Source of the DNA: an uncultured Actinomycetota bacterium
GTDB taxonomy: Bacteria > Actinomycetota > Actinomycetes > Propionibacteriales > Nocardioidaceae
Assembly: GCA_963795065.1 (NCBI GenBank)
Contig: CAWCGI010000005.1
Coordinates: 1,725,087 to 1,789,086, forward strand
Length of the DNA: 64,000 nt
Reading direction: 5' to 3'
Shown: positions 51,212-60,648 of the stretch, piece after piece
How the letters are laid out: each line of letters starts with the position of its first letter
How positions within the stretch are numbered: position 1 is the first letter of the stretch
Notes under the pieces: generated by a model
What the model was told of the DNA's origin: nothing
Database searches by the model: none
The model's input: the letters and a program-made list of their open reading frames with translations, nothing else
Position numbers and translations under genes: made by a program

Positions 51212-52406
51212 GTGACCCAGAAGGCGGCCCAGACGGACAGCCCAGAGAGCAGTCCGGACGAGGACTCGGGCGAGCACTGGGACGACCGCTACGAGGACGA
51301 CGGCTACGCCGACACGCCGGTCGAGGAACCCGAGCCGCGGCGTTCTCGTCGAGGACGCGGTTGCCTGCCGGTGCTGATCGTGCTCGCCGTGCTCGCGGGC
51401 GGTGCCTGGTTCGGTGGCCGCTACGCCTACGACGAGATCAGCTCGCGGCTGGCTCCTGCGCCCGACTACCAGGGCCCCGGGACCGGGCAGCGTGCTCTAC
51501 CAGGTCAAGTCGGGCGCCTCGTCGGCCGAGATCGGACGCGAGCTCAAGGCCGCGGACGTGGTCAAGAGCGTCGATGCCTTCAACGAGGCCGCACGGGGCA
51601 ACGAGAAGTCGCGCAGCATCCAGGTCGGCTACTACGAGCTGAAGAAGCAGATGAAGGCCAGCCAGGCACTCGGCGTCCTCGTGGACCCCGCCAACCTGAT
51701 GCAGAGCCTGGTGGTGGTGCCCGAGGGCGCCCGGGTCCGCCAGATCGTGAAGACGATCGTGGAGAAGACCGACATCACCAAGAAGGCCGTCACCGCCGCC
51801 CTCGCCGATCCCCAGGCGATCGGGCTGCCGCCCGAGGCCAAGGGCAACCCCGAGGGGTTCCTGTTCCCGGCGACCTACAACGTGCCCCCGAAGGAGACGG
51901 CGGTCGGCCTGATCAAGCAGATGGTGGCCAAGAGCGTCGAGGTCGAGGAGTCCCTCGATGTGGCGACGAAGGCGAAGGCCCTGGGCCTCACCCCGGCCCA
52001 GGTCCTGACGGTCGCCAGCATCCTGGAGTACGAGGCCAACAAGTCCGAGGACTACCCGAAGGTCGCGCGGGTGCTCTACAACCGCCTGGCCGACGACATG
52101 CCGCTCCAGCTCGACTCCACGGTGTCCTACGTCAGCCAGCGTTCCGGGGACGTGTGGACGACGGCCGAGGAGCGGTCGAACACCTCGCTCTACAACACCT
52201 ACGTGCACACGGGTCTCCCGCCCGGGCCGATCGGCTCTCCCGGCGAGGAGACGATCCAGGCCGCGCTGGCGCCGGCGGACGGCGACTGGCTGTTCTTCGT
52301 GCCGGACTACGAGGAGGACACGACCCGCTTCTCCGAGACGCTGGCGGAGCACAACAAGTGGGTCGCGAAGCTCCGGGAGTACTGCCGCAGCAGTGAGGAC
52401 TGCTGA
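51212..52406 (+). pseudogene. mltG: Endolytic transglycosylase MltG (YceG-like), frameshifted as sequenced (~51486)
   Basis: The acidic N-terminus plus TM helix (frame 2) ends ...PDYQGPGTG. SVLYQVKSGASSAEIGRELK...EGFLFPATY...YNTYVHTGLPPGPIGSPG...* continues in the +1 frame. There is an extra G in the GGG at 51485-87. Length is 1195 nt, which is 3n+1. Confidence 0.87.
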
Positions 52407-52413
52407 GCACCCC

Positions 52414-53253
52414 GTGAAGCGCTGCGCGGTCCTCGGTTCGCCGATCTCCCACTCGTTGTCGCCCGCCCTGCACGCGGCGGCGTACGAACGCCTGGCGCTC
52501 GACTGGACCTATGCCGCGGTGGAGGTGGAGTCGCGGGACCTCGCTGGGTTCCTCGACGGCCTGGACGACACCTGGCGGGGGCTGTCGCTGACGATGCCGC
52601 TCAAGCGCATCGTGGTGCCGCTGCTGGACTCGGTGGACGAGTGGACCCGGTTGTCCGGCGTGGCCAACACCGTCCTGCTCGCCGAGGGGCGCAGGCAGGG
52701 CGCCAACACCGACATCCCCGGCGCGATGGCTGCCCTGGCCGAGCGGGTGCACGCGCCGCTGCGCTCGGCCGCCGTGCTCGGCGGCGGAGCCACCGCGACC
52801 TCGGTGCTGCTCGCCCTGGCCGAGCTGGGGTGTACGTCGGCGCAGATCCTCGTGCGCGACCCGTCCCGGGCCGCGGCGACCGTCGCGGCCGTCGCCACGC
52901 ACCCGCGGGCCCCCGCGGTCTCGGTGACCACCCTCGCCGACGCCGGGCCGCTCGAGGTCGACATCGTGGTCTCCACCGTCCCGGCCGCCGCCCAGACACC
53001 AGCGCTGCTCGCCGCGTGCTCGGCAGCGCAGACCGTCTTCGAGGTCGTCTACGACCCCTGGCCGACGCCGATCGCGGCAGCGGCGCTGGAGTCCGGTCGC
53101 CGGCTGGTCAGCGGGCTCGACCTGCTCGCCCACCAGGCGATCATCCAGGTGGAGCTGATGACCGGGCGATCGGTGCCCGTCGACCTCGTCCGGGACGCCG
53201 GACGCGCCGAGCTGAGGCGCAGAGCTGTGCAGAACCACGACGCAGGACCGTGA
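52414..53253 (+). CDS. aroE: Shikimate dehydrogenase
   Basis: GTG 52414 gives KRCAVLGSPISHSLSPALHAAAY...GLSLTMPLK...GANTD...LGGGATA. Confidence 0.87.
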   Translation: MKRCAVLGSPISHSLSPALHAAAYERLALDWTYAAVEVESRDLAGFLDGLDDTWRGLSLTMPLKRIVVPLLDSVDEWTRLSGVANTVLLAEGRRQGANTDIPGAMAALAERVHAPLRSAAVLGGGATATSVLLALAELGCTSAQILVRDPSRAAATVAAVATHPRAPAVSVTTLADAGPLEVDIVVSTVPAAAQTPALLAACSAAQTVFEVVYDPWPTPIAAAALESGRRLVSGLDLLAHQAIIQVELMTGRSVPVDLVRDAGRAELRRRAVQNHDAGP

Positions 53254-53274
53254 GCAGCCTCTAGCCTTCAGGCC

Positions 53275-54094
53275 ATGCACCCGCTCACGGCGCTCGACGT
53301 CCAGGGCTCCGACCTGCAGGCTGCCCTGGTCTGTCTCGTGGTGTGCGCTGCTCTGGGCTGGTTCGCTCCACCGCTGATCGCTCGCCTGCCCGAGCCCCTG
53401 CCGGAAGCCCGAGCCCGAAGCCCAGCCCGAAGCCCAGCCCGAGCCCGAGGTGGAGGTGGTCGCGCAGAGCGAGGACCGCAAGCTCTTCGCCCGCAGCCTC
53501 CCGCCGGCGCCGCCGAAGGAGCTCTACGCCGACATCGCCGCGCTGCCTCGTCTGGGCGGGTGGGTCGCACTCTGGTCGGGACTGATCGGTGCGGTCTTCG
53601 GCCTGGCGCTCGGGTGGACCGGCGCCCTGCTGTATCTCGTCCCGCTGGTGCCGATCGGCGCGGTGCTGATGGTGATCGACTGGCGCACGACGTTGCTGCC
53701 CACCCGGATCCTGCACCCGACGTACGTGCTGATGGCGGTGCTGGTCCCGCTGGCGGCACTGGTCGACCAGGACCTGGACTCGCTCTACCGGGCGGGCTGG
53801 GGGTGGCTGATCCTCGGTGGCTGGTTCTGGGTCTTCTGGTGGCTGGTCACCGCGTGGGGGTTCGGCGACGTGCGGCTCTCCCGGGTGCTGGGCCCGGCGC
53901 TGGGCTACCTGGGCTGGGCGCACCTGCTGATGGGGCTGGCGCTGATCCTCTTCGTCGGCGCCATCGGCGGCCTGGTGATGGCCGCCATCCGGGGCAGTCT
54001 GAGGGCACGCGTGCCCTACGGCCCCTCCATGCTGCTCGGGGCTGCGGTCGCGGTGGTGGCCGGCCCGTGGCTCGCGCGAAGTCTCGGGTACTGA
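53275..54094 (+). pseudogene. Prepilin peptidase (A24 family aspartic peptidase), frameshifted as sequenced (~53405)
   Basis: The N-terminus MHPLTALDV...LIARLPEPLPE (frame 1) continues in frame 2 as PEPEAQPEAQPEPEVEVVAQSEDRKLF...MVIDWRTTLLP...GFGDVRLSRVLG...*. The break lies inside a PE/PEAQ-coding repeat. Length is 820 nt, which is 3n+1. Confidence 0.8.
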
Positions 54095-54137
54095 CGGCCG
54101 GGAGGGCACGCCCCGGGGTGCGTGAAACACTGGCCCC

Positions 54138-55316
54138 ATGCTGCGCTGGCTCACGGCAGGGGAGTCCCACGGCCCCTCGCTCACCGCAATCCTCGAAGGT
54201 CTGCCTGCCCACGTGCAGGTGACCACCGCGGACATCTCCGACGCGCTGTCCCGGCGCCGGCTCGGCTACGGCCGCGGAGCCAGGATGAAGTTCGAGCAGG
54301 ACGAGGTCACCATCACCGGCGGCGTCCGGCACGGCAGCACGCAGGGCGGTCCTGTCTCGATCGTGATCGGCAACACCGAGTGGCCCAAGTGGGAGCAGGT
54401 GATGTCCGCGGACCCGGTCGACCCGGTCGAGCTGGACGCTCTCGCCCGCAACGCGGCGCTGACCCGGCCCCGGCCCGGCCACGCGGACCTCGTCGGCATG
54501 CAGAAGTACCACTTCAACGAGGCCCGCCCGATCCTCGAACGTGCCTCTGCCCGGGAGACCGCGGCCCGGGTGGCGCTCGGGCGGGTGGCCTCGGCGTTCC
54601 TCGAGCAGGCGACCGGTGCCCGGATGGTGGCGCACGTGGTCGAGCTCGGCGGGGTCCCTGCTCCGGCCGGCTCCGTGCCGACCCCCGAGGACGTCGCCCA
54701 CCTCGACGGGGACCCGGTCCGCTGCCTGGACGCCGACGCCTCCAAGCTGATGGTCGAGCGGATCGACCAGGCGCACAAGGACGGCGACACCCTGGGCGGG
54801 GTGGTCGAGGTCGTCGTGCACGGGCTGCCTCCGGGCCTGGGCTCGCACGTCCACTGGGACCGCCGGCTCGACGCTCGCCTCGCAGGTGCGCTGATGGGCA
54901 TCCAGGCGATCAAGGGCGTCGAGGTCGGTGACGGGTTCGAGCTGGCGGCCACGCCCGGCTCGCAGGCACACGACGAGATCGTCAGCGAGGACGGCGTGCT
55001 GCGGCGTACGTCGGGACGCTCGGGGGGCACCGAGGGCGGCATGTCGACCGGCGAGGTGCTCCGGGTGCGCGCCGCGATGAAGCCGATCGCCACCGTCCCC
55101 CGCGCGCTCCGGACCGTCGACGTCGCCACCGGCGAGGCCACCGTCGCCCACCACCAGCGCTCCGACGTCTGCGCCGTCCCGGCCGCGGGCATCGTGGCCG
55201 AGGCGATGGTCGCGCTCGTCCTCGCCGACGCCGTCCTGGAGAAGTTCGGCGGCGACTCGGTGACCGAGACCCGGCGCAACGTCGAGTCCTACCTGGACAC
55301 CCTGAGGTTCCGTTGA
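54138..55316 (+). CDS. aroC: Chorismate synthase
   Basis: [15 protein letters not shown]...RRLGYGRG...RPGHADL...ERASARETA...[11 protein letters not shown]. Confidence 0.95.
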   Translation: MLRWLTAGESHGPSLTAILEGLPAHVQVTTADISDALSRRRLGYGRGARMKFEQDEVTITGGVRHGSTQGGPVSIVIGNTEWPKWEQVMSADPVDPVELDALARNAALTRPRPGHADLVGMQKYHFNEARPILERASARETAARVALGRVASAFLEQATGARMVAHVVELGGVPAPAGSVPTPEDVAHLDGDPVRCLDADASKLMVERIDQAHKDGDTLGGVVEVVVHGLPPGLGSHVHWDRRLDARLAGALMGIQAIKGVEVGDGFELAATPGSQAHDEIVSEDGVLRRTSGRSGGTEGGMSTGEVLRVRAAMKPIATVPRALRTVDVATGEATVAHHQRSDVCAVPAAGIVAEAMVALVLADAVLEKFGGDSVTETRRNVESYLDTLRFR

Positions 55317-55834
55317 CCCTCACCCCGAAGCTCGTCCTCGTGGGTGCGATGGGGGCGGGCAAGACCACGGTCGGTCGCCGCGTCGCCGACGCCTGGGACG
55401 TCGCGTTCCGTGACACCGACCACGACATCGAGGCGACAGAGGGCCGAACGGTCTCGGACATCTTCGTCGACTCCGGCGAGGCCAGGTTCCGCGAGCTGGA
55501 GCGCGAGGCGGTGGCCGCAGCGCTGGCCGAGCACGACGGCGTGCTCGCCCTCGGCGGCGGTGCGGTCCTGGACGAGCGCACCCGCGCGGCGCTGGCTGGG
55601 CACTGCGTGGTGTTCCTCCGCGTCGGGCTCAGCGACGCCGCCAGGCGCGTCGGACTCGGGGTCTCCCGGCCCTTGCTGCTCGGCAACGTCCGCGGTCGGA
55701 TCAAGCAGCTGATCGACGAACGCACACCCCTCTACGAGTCGGTGGCCGCGCACGTCGTCGACACCGACGGGCTCGACGTCGACGAGGTGGTCGCGCAGGT
55801 CACCCGGCTCGTGGAGGACGGTGCCCATGCCTGA
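55313..55834 (+). CDS. aroK: Shikimate kinase
   Basis: The TTG start overlaps the aroC stop. Walker A is [14 protein letters not shown], and DTD and GGGAV motifs are present. Confidence 0.9.
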   Translation: MTLTPKLVLVGAMGAGKTTVGRRVADAWDVAFRDTDHDIEATEGRTVSDIFVDSGEARFRELEREAVAAALAEHDGVLALGGGAVLDERTRAALAGHCVVFLRVGLSDAARRVGLGVSRPLLLGNVRGRIKQLIDERTPLYESVAAHVVDTDGLDVDEVVAQVTRLVEDGAHA

Positions 55835-56951
55835 GCGCACCCGGCTGCACGTGGGCGGCGCCTCGCCCTACGACGTCGTGGTCGGCCACGCCGTCCTGGA
55901 CGAGCTGCCGACCATGCTCGGACCCGACGTCCGCCGGGTAGCGCTGTGCCACCCGCATCCGCTCGGCCACCTCGCCGACCGGGCGGTGGCCGCGCTGGGC
56001 GACGACGTCACGTTGCTACGCCTGGCCCTCCCCGACGGTGAGGAGGCGAAGACCGCGCAGGTGGCCGTCGATGCCTGGGAACAGCTGGGTGCTGCCGGCT
56101 TCACCCGCTCGGACGCCGTCGTCACGGTCGGTGGCGGGGCAACGACCGACATGGGCGGCTTCATCGCGGCAACCTGGCTCCGGGGCGTCCGGGTCGTGCA
56201 CGTGCCCACGACCCTGCTGGGGATGGTGGACGCCGCGGTCGGCGGCAAGACCGGCATGAACACCGGGGCGGGGAAGAACCTGGTCGGCTCCTTCCACGAG
56301 CCGGCCGGTGTGATCTGCGACCTCGACGTCCTGACCACGCTGCCCGAGGCCGAGCTGGTCGCCGGTCTGGGTGAGGTCCTCAAGGCCGGCTTCATCGCCG
56401 ACCCCGAGATCCTCGAGCTCGCGGAGAGGGCTCCTGCCGACCTCCTCGACCCGCGGTCCAGCGTGCTGCGGGCGGTGATCGAGCGAGCCATCCGCGTCAA
56501 GGTCGACGTCGTCGTGGGTGACCTCGAGGAGCGGGGTGGCCAGGACGGTCACCCCGGCCGCGAGGTGCTCAACTACGGCCACACGCTGGCGCACGCGGTC
56601 GAGAAGCAGACCGGCTACCTGGTCCGGCACGGCGAGGCGGTCGCCCTGGGGATGGTCTTCGTGGCGGAGCTGGCGCGGCTCACCGGCAGGCTGGACGAGG
56701 AGACGGCCGACCGGCACGCACGGGTCCTCTCCTCCGTCGGGCTGCCGACGACGCTGGCGCAGGCCGGTGCGCGCGGGGTGTCCTACGAGGACCTGCTCGC
56801 GACGATGCGGGTGGACAAGAAGGCGCGCGGGGCCTCGTTGCGGTTCGTGGTGCTGGACGGGCTGGCCCGGCCGGCGATCCTCACCGATCCCGGCGACGAG
56901 GTGCTCAGGGCGGCGTACGACCATGTGAGAGGCCAGGAGGAGGAGTCGTGA
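55821..56951 (+). CDS. aroB: 3-dehydroquinate synthase
   Basis: GGGATTDMGGFIAATWLRGV...PTTLLGMVDAAVGGKTG...NYGHTLAHAVE. It overlaps aroK by 14 nt. Confidence 0.93.
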   Translation: MPMPERTRLHVGGASPYDVVVGHAVLDELPTMLGPDVRRVALCHPHPLGHLADRAVAALGDDVTLLRLALPDGEEAKTAQVAVDAWEQLGAAGFTRSDAVVTVGGGATTDMGGFIAATWLRGVRVVHVPTTLLGMVDAAVGGKTGMNTGAGKNLVGSFHEPAGVICDLDVLTTLPEAELVAGLGEVLKAGFIADPEILELAERAPADLLDPRSSVLRAVIERAIRVKVDVVVGDLEERGGQDGHPGREVLNYGHTLAHAVEKQTGYLVRHGEAVALGMVFVAELARLTGRLDEETADRHARVLSSVGLPTTLAQAGARGVSYEDLLATMRVDKKARGASLRFVVLDGLARPAILTDPGDEVLRAAYDHVRGQEEES

Positions 56952-57391
56952 CCGACCTGCGGACCGTCTGGGTGCTCAACGGGCCCAACCTGGGGCGCCT
57001 GGGGCGCCGCCAGCCGGAGATCTACGGCACCACCACCCACGCCGACCTGGCCGAGCTGTGTCGCGAGTGGGGTCGCGGGCTCGGCCTCGCGGTGGAGGTC
57101 CGTCAGACCAACCACGAGGGCGCCATGCTCGACTGGCTGAACCAGGCTGCCGACGACGACATCCCGGTCGTGCTGAACGCAGCCGCCTGGACGCACTACT
57201 CCTTCGCCCTGCTCGACGCCTGCGCGCAGCTGGGCGCACCGATGGTCGAGCTGCACATCAGCGACCCGAAGCAGCGGGCGGAGGAGTTCCGTCACTCCTC
57301 AGTGCTCACGGCGTACGCCGCCAAGGAGATCACCGGGCAGGGGATCGACGGCTACCGTCAGGCACTGGAGTTCCTGGCCACCGCGACATGA
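56948..57391 (+). CDS. aroQ: Type II 3-dehydroquinate dehydratase
   Basis: VLNGPNLGRLGRRQPEIYG...RQTNHEGAMLDWL...NAAAWTHYS...ELHISD. Confidence 0.93.
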   Translation: MTDLRTVWVLNGPNLGRLGRRQPEIYGTTTHADLAELCREWGRGLGLAVEVRQTNHEGAMLDWLNQAADDDIPVVLNAAAWTHYSFALLDACAQLGAPMVELHISDPKQRAEEFRHSSVLTAYAAKEITGQGIDGYRQALEFLATAT

Positions 57392-58743
57392 ACGAGGAGC
57401 ACCTCAGCTTCACCCGCGTCGGCCCCGGGACGCCCGCGATCGCCTGGCGTCGCCAGCCCGGCTGGGGGACCGGTGAGCCGATCGACCTCGCGGGTGTGAG
57501 CAGGCTCGTCGTGGTGGCCGCCCACCCCGACGACGAGAGCCTCGGGGCGGGCGGGCTGGTCGCCGCTGCCACCCGGCGGGGCCTGAGCGTGCACCTCGTC
57601 TGCGCGACCGACGGCGAGGGCAGCCACCCCGACTCACCCACGCACCCGCCGGCTGAGCTGGCCGTGCTCCGCGCCGAGGAGGCGCTCCGGGCAGCCCGGG
57701 CGCTCGGGGTCGAGGTCGATCTCGTGCATCGGCTCGGCCTGCCCGACGGTGGCCTGTGCGACCACGAGGACGCCCTCACCCGTCATCTGGTCGAGGTGGT
57801 CGGCGACGGGCGGAAGACCGTGATCGTGGCTCCGTGGCGCCGCGACGGCCATCCCGACCACGAGGCGGCCGGCCGGTGCGCTGCGACAGCGGCACGTCGT
57901 ACGGGCGCGGACCTGTGGGAGTACCCCGTCTGGTTCTGGCACCGGGGCCACCCGGAGGACGCGCCGTGGTCGATGCTGCACCCGTTCGTCCTCGACGTGG
58001 CGGCACGGCGCGCCAAGGACGACGCCATCCGGGCCCACACCAGCCAGGTCGCCCCGCTCTCGAACCTGCCGGGGGACGAGCGGCTGCTGACGCCGGAGTT
58101 CGTCGCGCACTTCGAGGACGGGCCCGAGCACTACCTGCGGACGGCGTCGGTGGACTGCCCCGACGACTCGCTCGACCTCCTGCACCAGGAGCAGGCCGAC
58201 CCGTGGGGGGTCGAGTCGCGGTGGTACGAGCGGCGCAAGCGGGACCTCGTGCTCGCCATGCTGCCCCGCCCGACCTTCGACCGGACCCTCGAGCTCGGCT
58301 GCTCGACCGGCGCGCTCGCGCAGGCGCTGGCCGACCGGTCGGGCCAGGTGCTCGCCGTCGACCGGTCGCGTGCCGCCCTCGCGGCTGCCCGGGAGCGGTT
58401 CCGCGACGACGGGCGGGTGCGGGTGAGCGACCTCGACGTACCGCACGAGTGGCCGCAGGACGTCGCCTTCGACCTCGTCGTGGTCTCCGAGGTCGGCTAC
58501 TTCATGAGCCCTGCAGGGCTCGAACAGCTCGTCGGCCGCATCGCGGGCTCACTCGCACCGGACGGCGTGCTGGTGCTGTGCCACTGGCGGCACACGGTGG
58601 AGGGCTGGGTGCTGGACGCGGAGGACGTGCACGCCGGCTTCGAGGACCCGCGGCTGCCTCAGCTCAGCGCCACCTACCGTGACCGCGACGTGGAGATCCG
58701 CGTGCATGCCCATGCTCACGGCTGGCCCGACCCGCTGCGCTGA
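57388..58743 (+). CDS. Bifunctional PIG-L (LmbE-like) family deacetylase / class I SAM-dependent methyltransferase
   Basis: The ATG overlaps the aroQ stop (ATGA). The N-terminal half has VVAAHPDDESLGAGG and HPDHEAA (PIG-L motifs). The C-terminal half has the NodS-like SAM motif TLELGCSTGALAQALA...VLAVD. Confidence 0.8.
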   Translation: MNEEHLSFTRVGPGTPAIAWRRQPGWGTGEPIDLAGVSRLVVVAAHPDDESLGAGGLVAAATRRGLSVHLVCATDGEGSHPDSPTHPPAELAVLRAEEALRAARALGVEVDLVHRLGLPDGGLCDHEDALTRHLVEVVGDGRKTVIVAPWRRDGHPDHEAAGRCAATAARRTGADLWEYPVWFWHRGHPEDAPWSMLHPFVLDVAARRAKDDAIRAHTSQVAPLSNLPGDERLLTPEFVAHFEDGPEHYLRTASVDCPDDSLDLLHQEQADPWGVESRWYERRKRDLVLAMLPRPTFDRTLELGCSTGALAQALADRSGQVLAVDRSRAALAAARERFRDDGRVRVSDLDVPHEWPQDVAFDLVVVSEVGYFMSPAGLEQLVGRIAGSLAPDGVLVLCHWRHTVEGWVLDAEDVHAGFEDPRLPQLSATYRDRDVEIRVHAHAHGWPDPLR

Positions 58744-58744
58744 G

Positions 58745-59221
58745 TCAGGACCGGGAGGGGGTCAGCGTTGCCGATGACCCGGCACGGACCACCCGCTCCA
58801 GCTCTCGGAAGAAGAAGCCGGTGATGTGGCCGCCGGCGACGGTGAGCGGGGTCCGGCCGAGCCGTGCCACCAGTCCGCCGACCCGCGCGTGCGCGTCATA
58901 GACCAGGGTGGTGGTCTGCGACGTGCGTCCCTCGTCCAGCCGGACGGACAGGTCCAGCTCCAGGTGACCGCAGCGCCCCCGCCCTGCCACCGAGACCACG
59001 AGCTCGTGTCCGGGCCGGACGTCGTCGATGGCGAAGGTGCCGCGGTAGGTGTCGGCCAGCCGCCCCACCCGGGCCGCCAGGATCGCGGAGTACTGCCCGG
59101 CGCTGACCGGGCTGAGGCGCTCGCAACCGGGGATGACTGCGCGCAGCACCTCACTGTCGTGCAGTGCCGTCCACACCTGCGCGGTGGGCGCCGCCACCTG
59201 CCGTACGTCGCTGAATCGCAT
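58745..59221 (-). CDS. SRPBCC-fold protein, CoxG (carbon monoxide dehydrogenase subunit G) family
   Basis: MRFSDVRQVAAPTAQVWTALHDSEVLRAVIPGCERL matches the CoxG N-terminal pattern. ATG at 59221 is preferred over the ORF-track start at 59251. Confidence 0.7.
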   Translation of the reverse strand: MRFSDVRQVAAPTAQVWTALHDSEVLRAVIPGCERLSPVSAGQYSAILAARVGRLADTYRGTFAIDDVRPGHELVVSVAGRGRCGHLELDLSVRLDEGRTSQTTTLVYDAHARVGGLVARLGRTPLTVAGGHITGFFFRELERVVRAGSSATLTPSRS

Positions 59222-59318
59222 CGTCCAACCTCCCCGGTCCTCGGGACCCAAAGAGGTGGCAGGTCGATGGCTGATACATCGCGCGACCCGGGCGCTCGGC
59301 TCGAGCGATCGGCGCGGC

Positions 59319-59510
59319 TCAGTCGGTCCGGCGGTCGTAGGTGCCGAACAGGATGTGCATCAGGGAGAGCACCATGAGGACCAGGCCGATGCCGAAGGTG
59401 TAGCGCCACTCCAGCACCAGCCAGCCGACGACGAAGACCACACTGCCGACGAGGAAGGTCGCCACGGTGGTCGGCTGCCGAGCCCGCTGTCGTATCTCCT
59501 CACGTGCCAC
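59319..59510 (-). CDS. Small two-TM membrane protein, hypothetical (63 aa)
   Basis: The ORF fills the gap between flanking genes on the same strand and has two hydrophobic helices. I recognise no family. Confidence 0.45.
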   Translation of the reverse strand: MAREEIRQRARQPTTVATFLVGSVVFVVGWLVLEWRYTFGIGLVLMVLSLMHILFGTYDRRTD

Positions 59511-59519
59511 AGCCCCAGC

Positions 59520-60641
59520 CTAGTGGGCGGCCGCGGCTGCCCGAGCGATCGCGGGCAGGCCGAGGTAGCTGAGGTCGCGGAGCTGCCGGTCGGTGACGAC
59601 GTCGTCGTAGGGCCACTGCGAGGTCTTCACGACGACCACGTCGAGGTCGCGGTCGACGTAGGTGAACTGCCCGCGGCTGCCGTCGGCGGTGGCCCGCCGA
59701 CCGGTGTCATCGGTCGGCCACCAGTGGTAGCCGAACCCGGCGTGGGTGGTGATGGTGCTCGGCAGCCGCCCCGGCTCCAGGAAGGGGTACGCCGCACGCG
59801 TGCTCTGCTCGACCCAGCTGCTGTCGAGCACCCGGTGCCCGTCGACCGTGCCGTCGAGCTGGAGCAACCCGATCCGGGCCCAGTCACCCGCTGTCGCGGC
59901 GAGTGCGCCGCCCGCCATCGGCACGCCCTCCGAGTCGGTGCCGACGTACGCCGTCGAGGTGCAGCCCAGGGTGCGCCAGAGCGCGCCCAGCGCCACGTCG
60001 TACGCCGACCCGGTGGCTCGCTCGCGCACCCAGTCGAGCACCTGCGAGTCAGCGGTGCAGTACTCGTAGCGGGTCCCGGGCGAGGACCGTGCGCCGATGG
60101 TGGCGAGCAGCGCGCGCGACTCACCGCCGTCACCGGCGAAGCAGGCCATCAGCCTGCTGGCCGGGCTCTGCGGGTCGCGGTGGTCCTCGACCCAGTCGAC
60201 ACCCGAGGTCATGGTGAGCAGGTCGCGCACCGTGCAGGGGTCGTAGCCGCCGCCCGTCAGCTCGGGCACATGGTCGACGACCCGGTCCTCCAGGTTCAGG
60301 ACCCCGGACCGCGCAGCGATCCCCACCAGGTGCGCGAGCGCCGACTTCGTCATGGAGGCGCCGAGGAAGACGTCGGCCGGACCGAGGCCGTCGGCGTACC
60401 TCTCATGGACGACCCGGCCGCGGAGCAGCACCAGCAGCGAGGTGCCGTGGGTGCAGGTGTTCCACTCGTCGAGGTCGAACATCCGGCCTGCGCCCGCGAT
60501 GTCGACGTGCAGGTCGCGGGGCGCGCGGGGCAGCTCGACCGGAGCGCCCGCCCGAACGGTGCGGAAGGTCTGGACCTGCACCTGGTGCGGGTTGACGAAG
60601 GGGAGCCCTGAGAGCCGGGACGGGGTCTCGCCGTAGGCCAT
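59520..60641 (-). CDS. Serine hydrolase, beta-lactamase (class C-related) family
   Basis: S-x-x-K nucleophile motif in FLGASMTKSALAHLVG. Size and composition fit beta-lactamase-related esterases or amidases. Confidence 0.85.
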   Translation of the reverse strand: MAYGETPSRLSGLPFVNPHQVQVQTFRTVRAGAPVELPRAPRDLHVDIAGAGRMFDLDEWNTCTHGTSLLVLLRGRVVHERYADGLGPADVFLGASMTKSALAHLVGIAARSGVLNLEDRVVDHVPELTGGGYDPCTVRDLLTMTSGVDWVEDHRDPQSPASRLMACFAGDGGESRALLATIGARSSPGTRYEYCTADSQVLDWVRERATGSAYDVALGALWRTLGCTSTAYVGTDSEGVPMAGGALAATAGDWARIGLLQLDGTVDGHRVLDSSWVEQSTRAAYPFLEPGRLPSTITTHAGFGYHWWPTDDTGRRATADGSRGQFTYVDRDLDVVVVKTSQWPYDDVVTDRQLRDLSYLGLPAIARAAAAAH

Positions 60642-60648
60642 CGGTCGA

